This document shows positions 57,707 to 64,000 of a stretch of 64,000 nucleotides of DNA, piece by piece (position 1 is the stretch's first letter; every line of letters starts with the position of its first letter). The stretch comes from Candidatus Peregrinibacteria bacterium (GTDB lineage: Bacteria; Patescibacteriota; Gracilibacteria; CAIRYL01; GCA-016699755): contig JANTGK010000002.1 of NCBI GenBank assembly GCA_024762935.1, forward strand, positions 1,320 to 65,319. The letters run 5' to 3'. The notes beneath the pieces were generated by a model, which ran no database searches, was not told the origin of the DNA, and worked only from the letters and a program-made list of their open reading frames with translations. Made by a program: the position numbers and the translations under genes.

Positions 57707-58308
57707 AAAATTGTTCGATTATCAAATGCTCGAGCAAGAGTGACTTCATCAGTGTATTCGACATCACTTCCCACAGGTATTCCTCGTGCAAGGCGAGTGA
57801 TTTTTATATGTGGGAAAGGGGCACATTTTCGTTGTAAAAGTGCGGCCGTTGCTTCTCCTTCTAGTGTTGGATTCGTAGCAAAAATAAGCTCTTGGACGTT
57901 GTCTGAGGTAAGACGTTCAATAAGCTCATTAATGCGTAAATCATCTGGACCGATTCCATCAAGGGGAGCAAGCGCTCCTCCGAGAACGTGGTATCGACCT
58001 CGAAATGTTCTCGTTTTTTCTATGGCTAAAAGATCGAGAGAATCTTCAATAACACAGATTTCAGAAGACAATCTTTTTTCATCTTGGCAAATGTCACAGA
58101 GAGGCGACTCAGAAAAATGTCCACACACTTCACATTTGAGGAGATTTTTGGTGGCATTTAAAATAGCTAATCCAAGTTTATCACGTGTACTTTCAGGGCT
58201 TCGAAGCAGGAAAAAAGCAAGTCGTGCGGCTGTTTTTTGTCCGACTCCAGGCAAAATCTGAAGAGATTCAATGAGTTTTTCAATCGATGGAGGAAGGGCG
58301 GAGGACAA
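57703..58308 (-). CDS. recR: Recombination protein RecR
   Basis: LPGVGQKTAARLAF HhH motif, C4 zinc finger CEVCGHFSESPLCDIC, and Toprim region ICVIED..D. TTG start. Confidence 0.9.
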   Translation of the reverse strand: MSSALPPSIEKLIESLQILPGVGQKTAARLAFFLLRSPESTRDKLGLAILNATKNLLKCEVCGHFSESPLCDICQDEKRLSSEICVIEDSLDLLAIEKTRTFRGRYHVLGGALAPLDGIGPDDLRINELIERLTSDNVQELIFATNPTLEGEATAALLQRKCAPFPHIKITRLARGIPVGSDVEYTDEVTLARAFDNRTIF

Positions 58309-58311
58309 TGG

Positions 58312-58350
58312 CTTTAATAATTCTGTTTAAAAGTAACAGAATTATTAAAG
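58312..58350. promoter_or_regulatory. Perfect inverted repeat (16-bp arms, 7-nt spacer) in the recR/ssb divergent region
   Basis: CTTTAATAATTCTGTT-TAAAAGT-AACAGAATTATTAAAG. It begins 3 nt upstream of the recR TTG start. The inner core is CTGT-N9-ACAG. Confidence 0.6.
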
Positions 58351-58626
58351 AATTTTAAATTACAAATTTTTAATTTTAAAATAAATCTCAATTTCTCATT
58401 TTTAAAGAAGCTTTGTAGAACTCCATATAAATATATCCAAGAGTTTTTAGAGTTTTTTTCAAGAGTATTTCAAGGTCAGACTTTTGGTGATTCTCTAAAA
58501 GAAGAGTTTAAAAATTGAATTTTAGAAATTCTTTTAAAATTTAAAATTCAGACTTTAACATTAAAAAGTTGTTTCCCTTTTTTAAAAAATATAACACAAT
58601 GACTTCGCTTTTTTTATTATACTTTT

Positions 58627-59496
58627 ATGTACGCCCTTAATCGAATTGAAATCATCGGACATCTTACTGAAAAACCAGAAGTACGTCAGCTTCCCAATGG
58701 GACAAGTGTGACGGATCTCAACATTAAATGTGTTGAAAAAGCAAAAAAAGAAGATGGTTCCCCTGTTGTACTGAGCAGTTATCATACGGTGACACTGTGG
58801 AGAAGAATGGCAGAAATAGCAGGAGACTACTGCGTAGCAGGGAGTCAAGTGTTTATTTCTGGTCGAGTAAAAACGGAGTCATGGGAAACAGACGGACAAA
58901 AACGCTATAAAACAAAAGTTATTGCCGAAGATCTCATTCTTCTGGATTCTCGAAAAGAGATGGCGCCAATCGAAGAGTCATCTCCACTGGTTGGAGGAGT
59001 GAATAATGCAGAAATTATTGGGAATATCACTCGGGAGCCAGAACTCAAGCAAACGACTTCTGGTCAGAATGTAGTAAACTTTAGTGTTGCCACCAATAGA
59101 AAATGGATGGACAAGGCTTCTGGTGAGAGTAAAGAAGAAACGGAATTTCATCCAGTAGTTGTTTGGGGGGATCTTGCCCGAGAGGTAGCTGAAAAACTGA
59201 AAACGGGGCAAAAGGTGTATGTGAAGGGGCGGATGCAGACAAGAAGCTGGGAAACACCAGATGGAGAAAAGCGTTATGCTACCGAGCTTATTGCTGACCA
59301 AGTGATTTCACTTGGAGCCAAAAGTGCAGAGCTTGCCTCGGGTTCATCGGCTTCTGTGGCAGCTGCTGCACCTCCTGCTGCAACAGCAGCAGCAGAACCA
59401 AAGCCTGCGGCCAAACCGGCTGTTGCAGACGCAGAGCCAGAACTGCCAACAATCAAGTATGAATCTGATATTAAGCCAGAAGACCTCCCTTTTTAG
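58627..59496 (+). CDS. ssb: Single-stranded DNA-binding protein with two tandem OB folds
   Basis: Two SSB-type OB segments (N.IEIIGHLT..PE.R....G......... ; NNAEIIGNITREPELKQT.SG..V.NFSVATN...), an Ala/Pro linker, and the acidic tip DIKPEDLPF. Confidence 0.85.
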   Translation: MYALNRIEIIGHLTEKPEVRQLPNGTSVTDLNIKCVEKAKKEDGSPVVLSSYHTVTLWRRMAEIAGDYCVAGSQVFISGRVKTESWETDGQKRYKTKVIAEDLILLDSRKEMAPIEESSPLVGGVNNAEIIGNITREPELKQTTSGQNVVNFSVATNRKWMDKASGESKEETEFHPVVVWGDLAREVAEKLKTGQKVYVKGRMQTRSWETPDGEKRYATELIADQVISLGAKSAELASGSSASVAAAAPPAATAAAEPKPAAKPAVADAEPELPTIKYESDIKPEDLPF

Positions 59497-59547
59497 GGTG
59501 ATTTTAAGATATTTGTGGTATAAAGGTCCTTGTTGATATAAAAAATT

Positions 59548-60552
59548 ATGAAAAAACTATTTTGGGTCGATCTTCGAAATTTTGAGAAAAAAATGCTCAC
59601 TGCTTCTATTGAAGCGGGAGCAGATGCAGTTTTTGTACCAAAAGGGAAATCAGAAGACGTAAAAAAACTCGGAAAGATTCCTACCATTTCTGAAGATGGC
59701 GACATGGTGCTCGGGAAAGATGTTGAGCTCGTACAGATCACCAAAAAGGCAGATGAAGACAGGGTGGTTGCTCTGAAAGGAAAAATTCCAACGATTATCG
59801 AAAACCTTGATTGGACAATCATTCCTCTGGAGAATCTTATTTCAAAAACAACAAATCTCATTCAGTCTGTCGATACTCTCAAAGAGGCAAAACTCGCCCT
59901 GGAAACAATGGAACGTGGTGCTGATGGAGTCCTACTGAAGCCAAAATCAGTGAATGACATTCTTGCTGTGGGAAGGATGATTGAAGAATTTGGTGCTGAG
60001 AAATTTCATCTCGAAAAAGTAAAAATCATCGAAACAAAATCCGTAGCGATGAGTGATCGATGTTGTATTGATACGACCTCTATTCTCCCTCCTGGAACAG
60101 GCCTCTTAATCGGAGATTCTGGAAAAGCCATGTTCCTTTCTCATAATGAAAATGTTGAGAGTCCATACTGTGCCGCACGCCCTTTTCGAGTCAATGCTGG
60201 TGCAGTTCATGCATATGTTCGTCTTCCAGAAAATCGAACAAAGTACCTCTGTGAGATTTCTGCAGGTGATGAAATATTAGCGGTTGACCCACAAGGGAAC
60301 TCACACGTAGTTGCTGTTGGACGCAATAAAATAGAACGCCGACCGATGATGCTTGTCGTTGCAGAAAATAAAGAGGGCAAACGTGTTTCTCTTATTCTTC
60401 AAAATGCTGAGACAATTCGACTGACAACACCTGAAGGGGAGCCGGCATCAGTGACGCGACTAAAAGAAGGCAATGAAGTACTTGCTTATTTTGGAGAAGA
60501 AACCGGTCGTCATTTTGGTGAAGCGATTCAAGAGACAATTCGTGAAAAATAA
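59548..60552 (+). CDS. 3-dehydroquinate synthase II (archaeal-type, AroB-prime family)
   Basis: DWTIIPLENLI, RPFRVNAGAVHAY, NKIERRP, LQNAETIRL and HFGEAIQETIREK align with my recollection of Methanocaldococcus MJ1249-type DHQS II. Confidence 0.75.
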   Translation: MKKLFWVDLRNFEKKMLTASIEAGADAVFVPKGKSEDVKKLGKIPTISEDGDMVLGKDVELVQITKKADEDRVVALKGKIPTIIENLDWTIIPLENLISKTTNLIQSVDTLKEAKLALETMERGADGVLLKPKSVNDILAVGRMIEEFGAEKFHLEKVKIIETKSVAMSDRCCIDTTSILPPGTGLLIGDSGKAMFLSHNENVESPYCAARPFRVNAGAVHAYVRLPENRTKYLCEISAGDEILAVDPQGNSHVVAVGRNKIERRPMMLVVAENKEGKRVSLILQNAETIRLTTPEGEPASVTRLKEGNEVLAYFGEETGRHFGEAIQETIREK

Positions 60553-60622
60553 AATTGAGCATCAGGAGACACTCTTTTTCTGAATCTGACCGTATGAATC
60601 GCATTTCTTCCGTGTGTATTAT

Positions 60623-61843
60623 CTATTCTTCCTCCCTTTGATCTCGATATTTGTGGTAAATGACAACAATGATAGCGAGAATAAACAGACTCCCACATAC
60701 TCCAAACGTAATGGCAGCAAATTTATTATTCAGAATAGTTTTGAGCGGATTATGTGTTTTGATAGAACGGGACGCAATGGTCTCTGTTGTGATTATAGTT
60801 GATGCAAGGTCTTTTGCTGTTTCCTCTTCAGTCACAAGCTCTTCAGATTGACTCTCAGTGGCATCACGAGAAGATATTCCCGATGATATGAGCTCAGGAT
60901 TGTCATCTTCTAAAAATGCTTCGTTGTCAGTGATTTCTATGAGTGATGTTTTGTTATCATGTATACTCTCGGAAGAGCTTTCAAACGCAAGCGGTCCTGC
61001 CTCCAACGCATCAGGAAGACCATCATTGTCACTATCAATTATTGTTGTGAGTTCACCAATAGTTCCGGCTTCCAGTCCATCAAAAAAACCATCACCATCA
61101 GAGTCTGGATTTTTAGGGTCTAATTGATGTTCTTTCTCATACCTATCTGAGAGTCCATCATCATCACTATCAAGAAAAGTAATATCTCTGTGTTCAAAAA
61201 TGGATTGTGTTCGGGGGTCTTTTGCCTCAACCGCCTTTTGAAAATCTCCAGGGCGAAAGAGAGTTAGATCATGTGTGTATTCAACACCATCAAAGAGGCC
61301 GTCTCGGTCAGTATCTGGTGAAAAAGGGTCAGACCCTATTTCTTTTTCTATCTCATCATTGAGGGCATCTTGGTCAATATCGGTGTAGCCATTGTATGTA
61401 TCATCCACGCGAATAGAAAAAACTACAGTTTTTTCTATTTCTGTTGCCTGGGTACTTTTTGTAGTGACCTCAATGGGGTATGAAGTATGAGAAGGTGCAT
61501 TTTTTGGAACATTTACTTGAAATTGAACGATAATACTGTGACCAGAGGCGATATTCTTTGTGGGGATGCTGCTTGAAGTCCATCCCTCGGGGACAGTAAT
61601 TTCTGATATGTACGAATCATCCTCTCTGCCAGCATTATAAAGAACAAAAGCAAAGGGCATATTTGACCCTGGCACTCGTATTACTTCTGGTGCCGTCGGG
61701 AGGAACATGTAGGGGTTTGCTCTCAGGTTGTACTCGTCATATGCAGGCTTCTCTGATGCAATGGAAGAGTCATACCCAAGAGGCAGGGTCGACCAGCCTC
61801 CAAGCAGAAGAAGAAAAACGATGAAAAAAAAGGTTCTGATCAT
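60623..61843 (-). CDS. Secreted protein with thrombospondin-type-3-like Ca-binding repeats and a C-terminal TM anchor
   Basis: Signal peptide. Repeated D.D.DG..D..E motifs (DTDRDGLFDGVE, DSDDDGLSDRYE, DSDGDGFFDGLE, DSDNDGLPDALE). Terminal helix AAITFGVCGSLFILAIIVVIY plus a charged tail. Confidence 0.6.
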   Translation of the reverse strand: MIRTFFFIVFLLLLGGWSTLPLGYDSSIASEKPAYDEYNLRANPYMFLPTAPEVIRVPGSNMPFAFVLYNAGREDDSYISEITVPEGWTSSSIPTKNIASGHSIIVQFQVNVPKNAPSHTSYPIEVTTKSTQATEIEKTVVFSIRVDDTYNGYTDIDQDALNDEIEKEIGSDPFSPDTDRDGLFDGVEYTHDLTLFRPGDFQKAVEAKDPRTQSIFEHRDITFLDSDDDGLSDRYEKEHQLDPKNPDSDGDGFFDGLEAGTIGELTTIIDSDNDGLPDALEAGPLAFESSSESIHDNKTSLIEITDNEAFLEDDNPELISSGISSRDATESQSEELVTEEETAKDLASTIITTETIASRSIKTHNPLKTILNNKFAAITFGVCGSLFILAIIVVIYHKYRDQREEE

Positions 61844-61981
61844 TAAAAGGGAGTATTCCCCTTAGTATACCTGTTTTTTAGTGATTCATCAAATTGAGAT
61901 GAGGCATAATTTTTATCATACAAGCTGTACTTGTGGAAAATTTCATCATTCTCGATGCTTATGGGGAATCACTGAATAAGT

Positions 61982-62383
61982 ATGAACAAAGCTATTGGAG
62001 TTGGTATTTCTTTTGTTTCCTTCTGCGTAATTGTTTCGCCTGTATATGCCTCTAGTACATTTTGTCCTGATGGAGAGTGTTTATCAATGAGCGAAAGTCT
62101 TGCTCTTTTGATGAAAGAACTTTTTGGAGTTGGGCTCATCCTCAGCAATAACCTGAATGCAGTGATCCTCGGATGGGTGAAATTTTTTCTCGCTCTTCTG
62201 GGAACCCTTGCCTTTGTTGCTTTTATTTATGCGGGATTTCTTTTTATTACGACGTTTGGCGATGAGGAGCGTGCAGAGCAGGCAAAAAAGATAATAAAAT
62301 GGGCGACTATTGGGATACTCGTGATCTTACTGTCGTATTCATTTGTATCAAGTCTTATCACCGGAACAATTTCTGGAGGGTGA
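61982..62383 (+). CDS. TrbC/VirB2-like (T4SS-pilin-like) small membrane protein
   Basis: Signal peptide, then two hydrophobic helices flanking GDEERAEQAKKIIKWA. This pattern is common in CPR pilin-like proteins. Confidence 0.55.
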   Translation: MNKAIGVGISFVSFCVIVSPVYASSTFCPDGECLSMSESLALLMKELFGVGLILSNNLNAVILGWVKFFLALLGTLAFVAFIYAGFLFITTFGDEERAEQAKKIIKWATIGILVILLSYSFVSSLITGTISGG

Positions 62384-62395
62384 AAATTTTTTACC

Positions 62396-62434
62396 AAAAA
62401 AGTGTGGCTGGTAGCGTTTTGTAGCTCCCAGCCA
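62396..62434 (-). terminator. Intrinsic terminator for the 62462-62926 gene
   Basis: On the minus strand: 7-bp stem TGGCTGG/CCAGCCA with a 16-nt loop, followed by CAC and TTTTTT. Confidence 0.5.
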
Positions 62435-62461
62435 AATTGCTCCCTCGTTCATATTCTATTT

Positions 62462-62926
62462 CTATCTAGTGCTAGAGTTGAGAATCTCTTTTATTCGCAG
62501 AATCTTTTTGAGGAGATATTGCCTTTTCCCGTTTTCATTAAATTCTAATACTTCTATTCTTATAAGATTTAGCATCTTCTGGAGGAGGCCATTATCTGTA
62601 TTCGCCCGTTGTAATTTTTTTCCTACAGCAACTAGATCTTCTGCCTGCTCCTCACTTTTGTTACGAAGGCGATCTATCTCTTCTTTTTGCTGATAGATCT
62701 GTTGTTGCAGAACTCTTACTTGCTCCATCAAAAGAAGCCTAGCTGTCTCTGCTCCTGCAAGATTACTTGATACTTTAATCAGTGCTGCTTCAAGTTTTGA
62801 TGATGGGATTTCTCCCAGATTTCGGAGAAGATCGATATCCAATGTTATCTTTCTCCCGCCTCGCATCTTTCTTTCAAAATCTGCCAAATGAGGGAAGCAT
62901 TCATTATCATGGTTTATAGTGTTCAC
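62462..62926 (-). CDS. Hypothetical coiled-coil protein
   Basis: 154-aa ORF with a GTG start and a heptad-rich Q/E/L/R central region. I recognise no family. Confidence 0.4.
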   Translation of the reverse strand: MNTINHDNECFPHLADFERKMRGGRKITLDIDLLRNLGEIPSSKLEAALIKVSSNLAGAETARLLLMEQVRVLQQQIYQQKEEIDRLRNKSEEQAEDLVAVGKKLQRANTDNGLLQKMLNLIRIEVLEFNENGKRQYLLKKILRIKEILNSSTR

Positions 62927-63583
62927 CTATTTATGAAGAGGGAACAAATCCCTCTGGTTTGATTACAGAAGCATTCCGGACGGAAGCTTCCGTCGAAAGT
63001 CTCTCTTGTAAACAAAGGGACTGGGACTCTCCATAAATCACCGAAGTTTTTAAAAAACAAGCCCTTTAAAAGGAGTGATATTTAAACACTCCTTGTTATT
63101 TCTATCAACAAATATGAACGAAAGTTCAAAATCCAAACGCATAATGGGAAATTCCCATTTTGAGTACTTATAAGATTTTTTTCTTATCGATATACGAAAA
63201 TCATTCAGAAACTTTTTCATTGATGAAGCAGGAACGTCCTCCCCCTTGCAGGGGGAGTGAGAGGGGGTATTGAACCGCATTCAAAATCCTCTCTTCACTT
63301 TATGACTTTGTATCTTTGTCACTTTGAAACTTTGCACATTCTTCCTTCTTCATACATCTTTAATCATTATTCACTCTTCTGAGCTTCCTGTTCTCATTTA
63401 AAATCAAAAATCTAAAATTTATAATCACTGTAATTCTCTCTTCTACATTCTATATTTTATATTCTGCTGCAAGCTCATAGCTTGCACCTAGTAGCTTTCT
63501 AAAATTTCTCTTCTACATTCCCCACCTTTATTCTTCGTTAATCTTTAGTCATTCTTCATCAATCTTTCTTTTCCCTCACACCT

Positions 63584-64000
63584 CTATTTCCCACATTCCA
63601 GTTTCATAGCATTTTCTGCGGCAGATATTTCCGCCTTCTGTTTGCTGCTTCCTGTGCCAGTTCCCATTTGTTTCTCGCCAACAAAGACTCCAACGGTAAA
63701 CTTTTTTTTGTGATCAGGGCCAGATTCATCGAGCACCTGATATTCAGGGGTAGTGTCCCACTTCTCCTGGGAAAATTCCTGAAAGGCAGATTTTGGGTCG
63801 AGATGAAGATTTCCCTCCAGTACTTCTGGGAGACGAGGCAAAAGTGTTCTCTCTAGAAATTCTTTCACTGCTTCAGGTCCAGAATCTAAATAAAGGGCAC
63901 CTATAGTAGCCTCAAATACATTGGCGAGGATGGGATTTTTTTCTCGTCCGCCACTTTTTTCTTCCCCGTGAGAGAGTCTCAGATGTTTCCCAAGTCCAAC
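63584..64000 (-). CDS. rnc: Ribonuclease III (3' part; the gene continues past the window end)
   Basis: The frame is open to nt 64000. It contains ...LGKHLRLSHGEEKSGGREKNPILANVFEATIGALYLD (catalytic domain) followed by a dsRBD (GPDHKKKFTVGV..G......G.G.SKQKAE..AA..A). Confidence 0.85.
   Translation of the reverse strand, partial: VGLGKHLRLSHGEEKSGGREKNPILANVFEATIGALYLDSGPEAVKEFLERTLLPRLPEVLEGNLHLDPKSAFQEFSQEKWDTTPEYQVLDESGPDHKKKFTVGVFVGEKQMGTGTGSSKQKAEISAAENAMKLECGK

Noticed and set aside
63050-63280. 76-aa minus-strand ORF in the long spacer.
   Set aside because: It has no RBS, and its composition is typical of random AT-rich translation. It spans the palindromes, which more likely act at the nucleic-acid level.

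Overview
This window looks like an AT-rich, gene-dense chromosomal segment from a small-genome bacterium. The gene content suggests a CPR/Patescibacteria-like organism: a ComEC fragment, a T4SS-pilin-like small membrane protein, a 4-domain S1, archaeal-type DHQ synthase II, and many secreted repeat proteins. That assignment is inference only. The standard genetic code fits, because all long ORFs are intact. I call about 55 protein genes, most of them housekeeping: dnaN, dxr, rpsF-rpsR, lspA, pyrD, smpB, rpmA, queE, coaBC, groES-groEL, glmS, rpsO, htpX, hom, tsf, rpsB, trmD, rpsA, map, recR, ssb and rnc. There is one tRNA-Leu(GAG), a textbook CIRCE operator overlapping a sigma70-like promoter upstream of groES, and several intrinsic terminators. 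I saw no rRNA, CRISPR array, transposase/integrase or recognisable defence system. The non-routine content falls into six groups. (1) An SLH-anchored cell-envelope set: a candidate S-layer protein plus a sortase, an NlpC/P60 hydrolase, a CAP-domain protein and a trypsin-like protease. All carry the same SLH cassette, and a second sortase paralog lies nearby. (2) A frameshifted MGMT/alkyltransferase-like gene that is absent from the ORF track and broken at an A7 run. (3) Unusual domain fusions: TrmD-GNAT, a voltage-sensor-like domain fused to a bacterial PH domain, and a tandem-OB SSB. (4) A perfect 16-bp-arm palindrome with an SOS-box-like core between the divergent recR and ssb genes. (5) A 20-bp duplication that links the coaBC stop region to the CIRCE element. 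(6) A 657-bp ORF-free, G-depleted region downstream of rnc that is rich in palindromes and repeats. All functional calls come from motif recognition by eye; no database search was run.
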